This document shows positions 19,116 through 28,530 of a stretch of DNA of 64,000 bases, in pieces (the stretch's first letter is position 1; every line of letters starts with the position of its first letter). This DNA is from Promethearchaeota archaeon (GTDB lineage Archaea; Asgardarchaeota; Lokiarchaeia; Sigyniarchaeales; SOKP01). The stretch spans positions 128,001 through 192,000 of the forward strand of contig JAHPZA010000003.1 of assembly GCA_019058445.1 (NCBI GenBank). Direction: 5' to 3'. The position numbers and the translations under genes are program-made. A model generated the notes under the pieces. That model was not told the origin of the DNA. It did no database searches and worked only from the letters and a program-made list of their open reading frames with translations.

Positions 19116-20801
19116 ATGGATAAGGATATTTTTGAAAAATTTGTCGAGAATATAAATGAAGGCTATTTATTAGTTGATAATCAACAAAATATACTTTATT
19201 CCAATAGTTTTACTGTAGAGTTGATTGGATATAAAAGCGATGAATTAAAGAAAATACGTTTTAGGGAAATTATCCATCCAAATAATTGGAAGGAAATGAA
19301 TGAAGCATTTAAAGAATCAAAAGAAAATATAGGAGCAACCACAAAATTCAAATCCTTTTTAATTAAAAAAAATAATATAAACCTTCCAATCGAGCTAAAT
19401 ATAAAATATCTATCTTGGAAAGGAACATATTATTATCTAATTATTTTACGAGATATAAGTAGAGATAGTTCAATAGAAAATAATAAAATTATTTCTCCCA
19501 AATTTGAACTATCCGATGAAGATATTGGGAGTTTAATAAATAAATCGGTATTGCAAGGATTTTTGGATGATTTTCATAAATTAACAAATATAGGAGTAGG
19601 AATAATGGATATGAATGGGAATATTCTTGCGGTAACTAACTGGCAAACCATTTGTATCAAATTTCATAGAGTACATCCAGAAATAATGAAGAATTGCACT
19701 GAAAGTGATACTATTCTCATAAAGGGACTCACTCCTGGAAAATATTCAATCTATAAATGTAAAAATAATATGTGGGATATAGCCACACCTATAATGTTAG
19801 GAAAAAAACGTATAGGTACGCTATTTATTGGACAATTTTTTTTTAAGGAAGAAGAAATAGATTATGAATGTTTCGAAAAGCAAGCAGAGAAATATGGTTT
19901 CAATAAAAAATTATATTTAAAGGCTTTAGATGAAGTACCTCGATTTAATAAACAAAAAATTGATATTGCTATAGACTTTTTAACTAAATTTGCTTCTCTG
20001 ATCTCCGAATTAAGCTATAGCAATTTAAGACTAAATTATTTGCTGCAAGAAAAGGCACAAATTGAAATTTCATTACTTAAACAAAAAAAAAAATTAATGA
20101 ATGCTCTTGAAAGTTCAGAATTTTACAAAGATTTACTGGTTCACGACATAGCGAATATACTTCATATTTTCCAAATGTCCTTGAGCTTAGTAGAAATGGA
20201 GAAAAATGAAGAGCTAAAAAATAAACGTTTTCAGGAATTAACTGAGATAATAAAAACAAATATAAATAAAGGTACTTCATTAGTTTCCAGAGTACGCCAA
20301 TTAATAAAACTTAACGAGGAAGATTATTCTAATAAAAAAGTAGATGTTAAAGAAATAATTACTAAAGCAATATTAAATATTAAGGCACAATTCAAAAATG
20401 AAAATATAAAGATTTTAAAAGAATTTCCTAAGGAAGATATAAGAGTTAGAGGGGGAAGTTTATTACTTGAAGCATTTGAAAATATTATGAAAAATGCTAT
20501 AATCCATAATGAAAATGAAGTTAAAAAAATATGGATAAGGATATCAAAAACACACTATAAAGATTATTCTTGTTTAAAACTCGAATTTGTGGATAATGGA
20601 AAAGGTATAGAAAATAATAAAAAAAATCTGATTTTCGAAAGAAGAGTTACTCAAGATATTAGTATTAAAGGAATGGGAATAGGACTTTCCCTTGTAAAAA
20701 GAATTATTGAGGAATATGGAGGAATAATTAAAGTTCAAGATCGAATAAAAGGAAAATATACAGAAGGATCAAATTTTATTCTACTACTTAGACAGTCCTA
20801 A
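19116..20801 (+). CDS. PAS-PocR sensor histidine kinase
   Basis: N-terminal PAS; PocR (ICIKFHR...C.ESD...YKCKNNMWDIATPI); H-box LVHDIAN; N box ENIMKNA; DNGKGI and GMGIGL. Confidence 0.9.
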   Translation: MDKDIFEKFVENINEGYLLVDNQQNILYSNSFTVELIGYKSDELKKIRFREIIHPNNWKEMNEAFKESKENIGATTKFKSFLIKKNNINLPIELNIKYLSWKGTYYYLIILRDISRDSSIENNKIISPKFELSDEDIGSLINKSVLQGFLDDFHKLTNIGVGIMDMNGNILAVTNWQTICIKFHRVHPEIMKNCTESDTILIKGLTPGKYSIYKCKNNMWDIATPIMLGKKRIGTLFIGQFFFKEEEIDYECFEKQAEKYGFNKKLYLKALDEVPRFNKQKIDIAIDFLTKFASLISELSYSNLRLNYLLQEKAQIEISLLKQKKKLMNALESSEFYKDLLVHDIANILHIFQMSLSLVEMEKNEELKNKRFQELTEIIKTNINKGTSLVSRVRQLIKLNEEDYSNKKVDVKEIITKAILNIKAQFKNENIKILKEFPKEDIRVRGGSLLLEAFENIMKNAIIHNENEVKKIWIRISKTHYKDYSCLKLEFVDNGKGIENNKKNLIFERRVTQDISIKGMGIGLSLVKRIIEEYGGIIKVQDRIKGKYTEGSNFILLLRQS

Positions 20802-20883
20802 ACCCAGTTATAAAGGAAAAAATCAACGTAGTTAATAATATAATTAAATAAAATTTTTATTGAAAAAATCTACAATAGAATAT

Positions 20884-21360
20884 ATGACAAATATTACATT
20901 AATAACAAACAAAGGGAATATTAATATAAGACTATTTGATGAGGACGCGCCAATGACAGTTGCGAGCTTTTTATTTTTAGCGAACCAAGGATTTTATAGT
21001 GGAATTATCTTTCATAGGGTTATAGATAATTTTATGATACAAGGAGGAGACCCTACAGGTACCGGACGAGGTGGACCTAAACAGAAAGGAATAACTTCTT
21101 TTCCATATAAAGGGCAACAGATAAGTTATCCATTTCCTGATGAATTTCAGAGTGGAAGAGTATTTGATAAACCAGGGCTTTTGGCTATGGCTAATGCTGG
21201 ACCGAATACAAATGGATCTCAATTTTTTATTACTCATATAATTACAGATTGGCTTAATAATGCACATACTATTTTTGGAGAAGTCATAAGTGATTCTGAT
21301 CAAGCAGTAGTAAATTCAATTCGACAGGGAGATCAAATTCAAGAAATCAAGGTTCTTTAG
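20884..21360 (+). CDS. ppi: Cyclophilin-type peptidyl-prolyl cis-trans isomerase
   Basis: FHRVIDNFMIQGGDPTGTG, LAMANAGPNTNGSQFFIT, HTIFG. ATG 20884 is preferred over the TTG at 20860. Confidence 0.95.
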   Translation: MTNITLITNKGNINIRLFDEDAPMTVASFLFLANQGFYSGIIFHRVIDNFMIQGGDPTGTGRGGPKQKGITSFPYKGQQISYPFPDEFQSGRVFDKPGLLAMANAGPNTNGSQFFITHIITDWLNNAHTIFGEVISDSDQAVVNSIRQGDQIQEIKVL

Positions 21361-21514
21361 AAATCAAAAGCATAGATCTCAACATCTTTTTCCTAACTAT
21401 TTTCAATTAAATTTATAAAAGCGTTTCTTTATATCCTAATTAGAGCATTACAAATCAATAGAATTTAATTTTGTAAACTAGAATAAGATTTCTAATTAAA
21501 AGTTATTAGCAAAG

Positions 21515-22927
21515 ATGTCTCGAGACTTAAAAGATTTAATTGATGCTTTAGAAGAAAAAAATCAAGAACAAACAGAATTTGAAGTAAATGTTCGAGATCT
21601 TAAAGAAGAAATCGAAAGGTTGAAATTTACAAATAAAGAGCAAAAAAGATTAATTCAAGAGCAAAAGGAAAATCTTTCAAAAAGATTGGAAGTACCTGAA
21701 GATATTCAACTTTTAAAAGATGTAATTGTTTCACAGAGACAAGAAATAAAGAAAAAGGAACGAGATATTGAAATTTTAGAACAAAAATTAGAGGATATAG
21801 AAGTAAATAATGAGATCTCTAATCCTTCTCAAGAGAATGACGATTTAATTGATGCACAAAAATTAATCATTCAATTAACTGAAGAAAATGAAATGTATCA
21901 GTTAAATGAATCTAGTGCTAAAAAACTAATTAAGGAATTAACGGAATTAAATGATAAGTACCTTTATGATATCAAGAAGTTAAAACGCAAACTTGAAAAA
22001 ATAAAAACCGATACTTCTAAACCTGATGTAAACAATAAACAATTCTCTGAGACTGAACCTTATTCTTCTCAAGAAGTTGATAAATTAAAAAAGTATATAG
22101 AAGATTTAGAAGATGAGAATGAACGAATAAGGAAAAGAATAGAATCTGCTGATATTACCCATAATAATCTACTAGAGGAAATTGAGGTTATCTCGAAACA
22201 GAAATCAGATTTAAATCAAGAAATTAGTGAAAAAAATATTAAGATTGACGTATTAAACGAAAAGATTGAAACTTTAAAGCGTCAAAATAATGAATTGAAA
22301 GAAAATATTGCGTTTAATCAAAACCTAGAAAATATCTCTAAAGAAAAAGCAGAAATTGAAGATTTTACTGACATAAATAATTCTGAAATAGTAAAAAGCT
22401 TGAAACAAGAAAATCTTGAATTAAAAAACTCCATTAATAAATTATCAGAAAGTAGATTAAGTATTGAAAATTTGAAAGCAGACAATTTAAACCTTAATAA
22501 TGTAATCTCAGAACTAATTCTAAATCAATCTCAGGTAGTTAATCATGATATAGCCACGAATCAGTTTTTACCTAAATTCTATCAAGCTAATCTTTTCATG
22601 AGAATTTTTAACATTTTAGACAGTCCTAAAAAAGATCTCTTGATCAAAATTTTAATTCAAGATTTAATGACGACTCAGAATGATGACATTAAAAGAAGCA
22701 TCATCAATCTCTTAAGCTCTATAAAGGATAAGAGAATATATGATGTTCTAATAAAAATGATAAATGATGATGATTGGCTGACAAAGTTATATGTTATAAA
22801 ATCTCTCTATAACTTTGACGATAATGATATAAAAAATAACTTTGCCGAAGCGTTAAAAAAACTATTAAAAGATAAAGATTCGGATGTACGAGAAGCAGCT
22901 TCTTCTCTATTATCTAAAATATCATGA
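21515..22927 (+). CDS. Long coiled-coil protein with C-terminal HEAT repeats
   Basis: ~330 aa E/K/N-rich heptads; C-terminal DDDWLTKLYVIKSL and DKDSDVREAASSLL HEAT-like repeats. Confidence 0.8.
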   Translation: MSRDLKDLIDALEEKNQEQTEFEVNVRDLKEEIERLKFTNKEQKRLIQEQKENLSKRLEVPEDIQLLKDVIVSQRQEIKKKERDIEILEQKLEDIEVNNEISNPSQENDDLIDAQKLIIQLTEENEMYQLNESSAKKLIKELTELNDKYLYDIKKLKRKLEKIKTDTSKPDVNNKQFSETEPYSSQEVDKLKKYIEDLEDENERIRKRIESADITHNNLLEEIEVISKQKSDLNQEISEKNIKIDVLNEKIETLKRQNNELKENIAFNQNLENISKEKAEIEDFTDINNSEIVKSLKQENLELKNSINKLSESRLSIENLKADNLNLNNVISELILNQSQVVNHDIATNQFLPKFYQANLFMRIFNILDSPKKDLLIKILIQDLMTTQNDDIKRSIINLLSSIKDKRIYDVLIKMINDDDWLTKLYVIKSLYNFDDNDIKNNFAEALKKLLKDKDSDVREAASSLLSKIS

Positions 22928-23097
22928 AAAAAAGATTTTAAATGATATCGCTTTTACTTTTATAAATTATCATTAATATTACATGAAAATAAATAAAAAA
23001 AGTAACTATTATTTAAATAAGAAAAATAGTACATTCTTCTTACAACTGAAAATAGTTGTATTAAAAATTTTACACACATTTTATTGAGAACAGCACC

Positions 23098-23358
23098 TTG
23101 AGAAAGTATACACTAGATAGATGGAACTGGAGTGAACGTTCAGGGAAATGGGTCTATGTCACAAAGAAGAAGGATGGTAAAAGAGAATATACTTATCAAC
23201 TTGAACCTCCAGCTGAATTCATAGAGCTTACAATGCAAATTAAGAAAATCAATGACAAATTGATAAAGATAAAAGATCCCGATGAAAATAAAAGACTTTT
23301 TTTACAATTAATCGATATTTCTAAGAAAATGCAGAACATGCATCGGGAAGAGGAATAG
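23098..23358 (+). CDS. Small hypothetical RWNWS-motif protein, paralog 1
   Basis: Colinear homology with 23609-23863; TTG start. Confidence 0.8.
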   Translation: MRKYTLDRWNWSERSGKWVYVTKKKDGKREYTYQLEPPAEFIELTMQIKKINDKLIKIKDPDENKRLFLQLIDISKKMQNMHREEE

Positions 23359-23608
23359 ACTGATATTTTTTGTCTTTTTTATGGTTTATTTTTTCTTTAC
23401 TGAAATTTCATATAATTTTGGGAAAAAGAACAAGTTTTCTGCTTATAAACGGATTAAAAGTTCAAGTATTAAGATTAAAATTCAAATTTTTATAGTAATA
23501 CGTTAATAACTTTCTAAAGAAAAAATATAAGCAGTTTCACATAAACTTTAAATTAAAAAGAACGATTTTCATAATTTTCTTTTTAGTAGTCTTTTAGGTA
23601 TTCGAGAT

Positions 23609-23863
23609 ATGTCAAGAAAATTGACACCAAATAGGTGGAATTGGAGTCAAAAAGATGAAAAATGGATTTTTATACAGCAAAACGACGATGGCAAAGAACT
23701 ATATTACTATAGACTAGATCCCCCTAAAGAATTTATAGAGCTTACGATGGAATTAAAAGAATTAAATGACGTTTTAATAATTACAAAGAATCCAGAAGAA
23801 AACGCCAAACTTTTTAACGAGATGATGAAAATTTCTAAAAGATTGCAAAATATGAAAATATGA
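23609..23863 (+). CDS. Small hypothetical RWNWS-motif protein, paralog 2
   Basis: Shares RWNWS, KW, DGK, PP.EFIELTM, P.EN..LF, ISK..QNM with the upstream gene. Confidence 0.85.
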   Translation: MSRKLTPNRWNWSQKDEKWIFIQQNDDGKELYYYRLDPPKEFIELTMELKELNDVLIITKNPEENAKLFNEMMKISKRLQNMKI

Positions 23864-23888
23864 AATATGAAAAAACGCTATGAAATCT

Positions 23889-24620
23889 TTAATTAGTTCT
23901 TTTTCTTGATTGAATAAAATTATTTAAATCAATATTTAATTGACTAAATAAATTGAAATCCATCTTTAAGAATAATTTTAACGCAGATACTAAAGAGATA
24001 TTGTTCCCTATGGAAATATAAATAAATTTCTTAGAATATGGTTTAGGGATGGCATATCCAATTAAAGTTTCCTGAGAATAAACACCTTTTATATCCGGAA
24101 ATTGCTCAATTATTCTAAGATCTCCAAATAATAATTTCTTAGTATATCCAATAACGGGAACTTTTACATTTAAGCCAAAATCGCAAGCAGAACCGTATAA
24201 ATATGGATGAATTTGGCCACTTGAGTTTAAAATATAACAATCTGGTGTTAGATCTAACCCATTTATTAGTTCTAAATATATTTTAGTTTGATTAAGAAAT
24301 AGGATGGAAGGAAAATATCTAGTAAAGATAGGCTTGTATGATTTGAATTTAGTTAATAACGTCTTATTTTCTTTAATATTGTATATTAATATGCCAGAAT
24401 ATGAGAGTTCATCAATAAATTTCAATTTCATTATTCCAATGATGGCATATTTTTTGCGAATATCTATTTTATGAACTTTTTTAGCATTTTTTTTTTGATA
24501 TTCTCGAACCTCTGCTAATTTTGAAAAGCGAGTTTTTTTTAAATATGGTTTTACACATTCAGGGCAAACATAGTTATAAGTTATATCATGTTCTTTACAA
24601 ATTTTCGAATTGATCACCAA
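23889..24620 (-). CDS. Endonuclease V-like protein (catalytic acidic residues apparently lost) with N-terminal CxxH/CxxC zinc motif
   Basis: GQIHP...G.A, PVIGYTK, YISIGN.ISL..A match EndoV; N-terminal CKEH...CPEC. Confidence 0.7.
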   Translation of the reverse strand: MVINSKICKEHDITYNYVCPECVKPYLKKTRFSKLAEVREYQKKNAKKVHKIDIRKKYAIIGIMKLKFIDELSYSGILIYNIKENKTLLTKFKSYKPIFTRYFPSILFLNQTKIYLELINGLDLTPDCYILNSSGQIHPYLYGSACDFGLNVKVPVIGYTKKLLFGDLRIIEQFPDIKGVYSQETLIGYAIPKPYSKKFIYISIGNNISLVSALKLFLKMDFNLFSQLNIDLNNFIQSRKRTN

Positions 24621-24826
24621 ACCTCCTTTTAATTAAGCACTATTTTTTATATTTAATAAGAACAACTGATTTCAAGTTAATTTATTATGCAATTAACTAA
24701 AGAAGCTTAATATTCCATAATAAAAAATTATATAAATTGAATATTCAATAATTACTTAAAATATTGATAAAAATAGAATCCTATTCGATTTTTACTTATC
24801 AAGTTAACTAAAAAAAGGTAATTAGT

Positions 24827-25630
24827 TTGAAGATAGCAGTTTCCGGAAAAGGTGGTGTTGGTAAAACTTTAATTGCAGGTACATTAGCAAGATTGTTTGC
24901 TAAAGATGGTTATAACGTTCTGGCTATTGATAATGATTCTGCGATGAATTTAAGTTATACATTAGGAATTGAGGAAAATATTAAAGCTAATATTGTACCA
25001 ATTTCAGAAATGAAAAAACTTATTGATGAGCGCACTACTGTGGCAGGGAAAGGATCGGGGATATATAATATTAATCCGGAAGTAGCCGATATCCCAGATA
25101 GATTCAAAGTAACAGGCCCAGATGGATTGCAACTTTTAGTATTAGGAACTGTTCAAAAACCAGCTTCTGGATGTCTTTGTCCTGAAAACGCCATGATTAA
25201 ATCTTTGGTGTATAATTTATTAGTTAAACGAGATGAAGTTATTATTGTTGATTTTGAGGCAGGTTTAGAACATCTTGGACGAGGTACAGCTAAAGGAATA
25301 GATGTTATGTTAGTAATAACCGAACCATCTCAAAAATCATTAGATCTTTGTTCAAAAATTATAAAACTTTCAAAAAGATTAGGTGTCATTAACGTGTACT
25401 TGGTTGCCAACAAAGTGTATGATGATTCTCAGCTGGACGTAATATATAAAACAATTAAAAGTTGGGAAGTTCCATTGTATCACACTATTCCTTATGACCC
25501 AGAAATAATTAATGCTGATCTAAATGGAAAATCTCCAATAGATTTTAATTCTAATTCTAAGGCTATTACCTCAATAAAGAGTTTATATGAAAAATTGAAG
25601 AAGTTAAAGGAAGAACTCTTTGATATTTAA
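24827..25630 (+). CDS. cooC: CooC/AcsF-type nickel-insertion ATPase
   Basis: GKGGVGKT, GCLCP CxC metal site, DFEAGLEHLGRGT. Confidence 0.9.
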   Translation: MKIAVSGKGGVGKTLIAGTLARLFAKDGYNVLAIDNDSAMNLSYTLGIEENIKANIVPISEMKKLIDERTTVAGKGSGIYNINPEVADIPDRFKVTGPDGLQLLVLGTVQKPASGCLCPENAMIKSLVYNLLVKRDEVIIVDFEAGLEHLGRGTAKGIDVMLVITEPSQKSLDLCSKIIKLSKRLGVINVYLVANKVYDDSQLDVIYKTIKSWEVPLYHTIPYDPEIINADLNGKSPIDFNSNSKAITSIKSLYEKLKKLKEELFDI

Positions 25631-25706
25631 CATATCATACTTCTTAAGCATTTTAAATCTAAAATATATTTTAGATTTTTTTTATTAAGTTTTACCTATA
25701 TTTGAG

Positions 25707-25949
25707 TTATAGCATATCGAGCATATCGAGGTCTTGATCTTCAGCAATTTCTTTCCATTGATTTATTGCGTCCATAGCTTCTTCTTCATTAATTTGCTCA
25801 ATTGCATATCCCGCATGGACAATCACATACTTTCCAATTTCAGGATTTTGAATTAAAGCAATAATTACTTTTTGTTTAATCCCATCAAAATCCACTAAAG
25901 CAGAATTCCCATCAATATTGATAATTTTACCTGGTATAGCAAGACACAT
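25707..25949 (-). CDS. hypC: Hydrogenase maturation chaperone HypC
   Basis: MCLAIPG N-terminus, YVIVHAGYAI. Confidence 0.97.
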   Translation of the reverse strand: MCLAIPGKIINIDGNSALVDFDGIKQKVIIALIQNPEIGKYVIVHAGYAIEQINEEEAMDAINQWKEIAEDQDLDMLDML

Positions 25950-26161
25950 AATAAACAGTTAAAAATAATTAATCTCTATCTAAATTGCATAATTTAACGA
26001 GCTAAAAAAAACTAATGATTATAAAATTAAATTATAGGATTTTATTTAACGAAATTTAAAAAATATTCCTTAAATAATAAAAATTTAAAATTTCAAAGGA
26101 ATAAATAAATCTAATAAAATTAATTATAGAACTACTATAAAATTCAAAGAGAAGATGTAAA

Positions 26162-26713
26162 ATGTTTTTAGATAAATTAATAGATTTTCCAAAAAATAAA
26201 TTTATTGTATTAATTATAATAGTAGCCTTTATTTTAGGAGTTTTTATAAGTCAGTATTTTATGGCACCAATTGAAGCGGAATTGAAAAGTTCGACGGGAT
26301 ATGGTGTCATAGAGTTTGAATTTGCATGGACTTCAGAACAAATAAATAGAATTTTTATAGCATGGGGATCAGAGGGAAAGAAAAAAGAAGCATTTGTAAC
26401 ATATATAGATTTTATTTTTATACCCTGCTATAGTCTATTTATGGCAGGATCTATTTTACTGGTAATACGTAATCTAGAGGGAAGAGTTCAAGAAATTGGA
26501 TTAGTTATGACTATATTACCATTCATAGCTGGAATATTCGATGTTATTGAAAATATAAATCTGTTATTAATGTTAAGTGATGATGGTTTCATATGGTCAT
26601 TAAGTCCATTTATCGCTTCACTATGTGCGACGATTAAGTTTAGCTTAATATTTATTGCAATAATATTCTTTATCGTGGCGCTCATAATTGGAATTATTAA
26701 GAAATTTAAATAA
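26162..26713 (+). CDS. Hypothetical 4-TM membrane protein
   Basis: Four hydrophobic helices; EFA, DFIFIPCY, AGIFDVIEN motifs. Confidence 0.75.
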   Translation: MFLDKLIDFPKNKFIVLIIIVAFILGVFISQYFMAPIEAELKSSTGYGVIEFEFAWTSEQINRIFIAWGSEGKKKEAFVTYIDFIFIPCYSLFMAGSILLVIRNLEGRVQEIGLVMTILPFIAGIFDVIENINLLLMLSDDGFIWSLSPFIASLCATIKFSLIFIAIIFFIVALIIGIIKKFK

Positions 26714-26818
26714 GCTCTTTTTTATGTTTTTTTTTCAAACCTAAATACAAAGCTAATTAGCATTTTGTATACCGGAAAAAACAATAAGAAAATTTAAAAA
26801 AAAAAATAAAGATTATAA

Positions 26819-27685
26819 TTAGAGATTTTCTATAGCAGTATTTCGTCTAACGCGATGATTCTTCATCCCAATCTCTTCAGAGCTTACTCCCATAGCAAGA
26901 GCGATTAATTCGGTTAAATAAAGTACCGGAATATTATACTCTGCTTCAAATTTCTTTGAGAGGTCTCTTTGGGATGTATCAAATCGCTGGAAGCAGGCGG
27001 GACAGTTAACAACGATAACATTAGCACCTGCTTTTTTAATAGAGTCCATTTTCTGTTTTAGAATTGCATCGCCGTGTTCTGGATAAGGTCCAGCCACAGC
27101 ATTCCCGCAACAAAGTGCCAACTCATCATAATCAATTACGTTAGCACCAGTGGCAGCAACAATCTCTTTTAAATTTTTAGGACGCATTGGATCATCAGAT
27201 TCCATCCACTCGGCAGGACGCATGTAATGGCAACCAGGATGACAAGCAACTTTTAGATCACTCATTTGCTTCGTAATTCCCGCTTTAACTTTATCTAAAT
27301 TCTCCTTTAGAACGTCGACAAAGTGTACAACATCAATGGTACCCTTGAATTCTTTTCCAATTTTTGCTAATTCAGCATTAACTTTTTCTTTTTTCAAGGA
27401 ATCATGTTTTAATTGATGTTGAACTCCTCTTAAGGTGTTTGTGCAACCATTACATAGCGAAATAATAGGTTTACCCTCCGCTTCTGCTAAACATAAGTTT
27501 CGAGCACCTAGAGCAAGCCACGCCATATTATCAAAGCTTTTCACTCCAGTAGGATCTGGACAACAAGTAAAAGGAGCTTGTGATGTTTGGACTCCAATTT
27601 TGTCAAGAACCTTTCTGGAAGATGCCTCTATAAAAGGAATTCTATTACCAATCGTACAACCCTCAAACATTTTATATTCTGTCAT
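26819..27685 (-). CDS. hdrB: Heterodisulfide reductase subunit B
   Basis: Two CCG domains: GC..., TCCP, CNGC; HPGCH, CCG, CPAC. Confidence 0.93.
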   Translation of the reverse strand: MTEYKMFEGCTIGNRIPFIEASSRKVLDKIGVQTSQAPFTCCPDPTGVKSFDNMAWLALGARNLCLAEAEGKPIISLCNGCTNTLRGVQHQLKHDSLKKEKVNAELAKIGKEFKGTIDVVHFVDVLKENLDKVKAGITKQMSDLKVACHPGCHYMRPAEWMESDDPMRPKNLKEIVAATGANVIDYDELALCCGNAVAGPYPEHGDAILKQKMDSIKKAGANVIVVNCPACFQRFDTSQRDLSKKFEAEYNIPVLYLTELIALAMGVSSEEIGMKNHRVRRNTAIENL

Positions 27686-27700
27686 TTTCTTACCCTCCGT

Positions 27701-28243
27701 TTATAATTTTTTATCAACACCTATATTTTTTAATAAAGTTTGCACTTCATTAACATCTGGTGCAGCTACGGCTGGTAAGCCCAATTGTTCTCGTCTTCTC
27801 TCGATTGCGGGTTGAGATGGAATAGCTTTAGCACTTTCAAAAACTGCTTTGGCTTGAGCTACGACATTATCTGGTGCTAATCCTGCTCCAGTAGTAACAT
27901 TTTTAGCTAAAGTAATAATTTCAGTCACTTCAATTGCTTGTGGACAAACAGTATCACATGTATCACACACGGTACAACCCCAAGGTATAAGAGCTGATTT
28001 TGAGCCTGCTAAGGCCATGACAATATCTTTATAGCCTAGTAGTGTCCCTAATACAATCAATCTTGGATCAAACCAATTCGTAACCTCTCTATAAAAGGGA
28101 TTCGCTACATTAGCGACAGGACAATTGTCAGTGCATCGATTACATTGATAACAGTATTTTATCTTATCAGATCCAATATGTACATCCATTATAAGTTTCC
28201 TAAATTCAAAATCTATACCTAATGGTAATGTCATTTTTTTCAC
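27701..28243 (-). CDS. hdrC: Heterodisulfide reductase subunit C
   Basis: CYQCNRCTDNCP and CTVCDTCDTVCP; RREQLGLP; directly upstream of hdrB (alternative start ATG 28234). Confidence 0.92.
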   Translation of the reverse strand: MKKMTLPLGIDFEFRKLIMDVHIGSDKIKYCYQCNRCTDNCPVANVANPFYREVTNWFDPRLIVLGTLLGYKDIVMALAGSKSALIPWGCTVCDTCDTVCPQAIEVTEIITLAKNVTTGAGLAPDNVVAQAKAVFESAKAIPSQPAIERRREQLGLPAVAAPDVNEVQTLLKNIGVDKKL

Positions 28244-28285
28244 TTTTTTTTTGAGTTTTTTTCCAATTCATTTTTTTTCATATTT

Positions 28286-28358
28286 GTTGGTTTTAACCCA
28301 TGCAAGGGCAGTCATATCCAATCTATAATTTTTATTGGATATTTCATCCTAAACCAAC
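28286..28358 (-). promoter_or_regulatory. Eukaryote-like SECIS element of vhuU
   Basis: The minus strand reads AUGAA-AUAUCCAAU-AAAAAUUAUAG-AUUGGAUAU-GAC: AUGA/GA core, perfect 9-bp stem, A-rich apical loop. Basal helix GUUGGUUU/AAACCAAC. It lies ~80 nt after the Sec UGA. Confidence 0.8.
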
Positions 28359-28493
28359 GTGTAATTCACGAGAGTAAATTTCTTTACCATCCTCATCAAC
28401 TACAGTGATGTGAGCGGCACACGATAGTCAGCAATCAAAACAGCGGACAATCATTTCTAAGACATTTACTACTCCTTCTGGTATATCACTCAT
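28344..28493 (-). CDS. vhuU: Selenocysteine-containing hydrogenase peptide VhuU (split C-terminus of the large subunit)
   Basis: Manual translation MSDIPEGVVNVLEMIVRCFDC-U(TGA 28430-28428)-LSCAAHITVVDEDGKEIYSRELHVGLG*. It supplies the L2 motif missing from vhuA. Confidence 0.95.
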
Positions 28494-28530
28494 TTTTTTT
28501 ATTCACACTCTATATTAATTTTGATTTAGT

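Noticed and set aside
24827-25630. CooC as a HypB substitute for the hydrogenase
   Set aside because: Convergent with hypC rather than co-transcribed; more simply serves CODH/ACS encoded elsewhere
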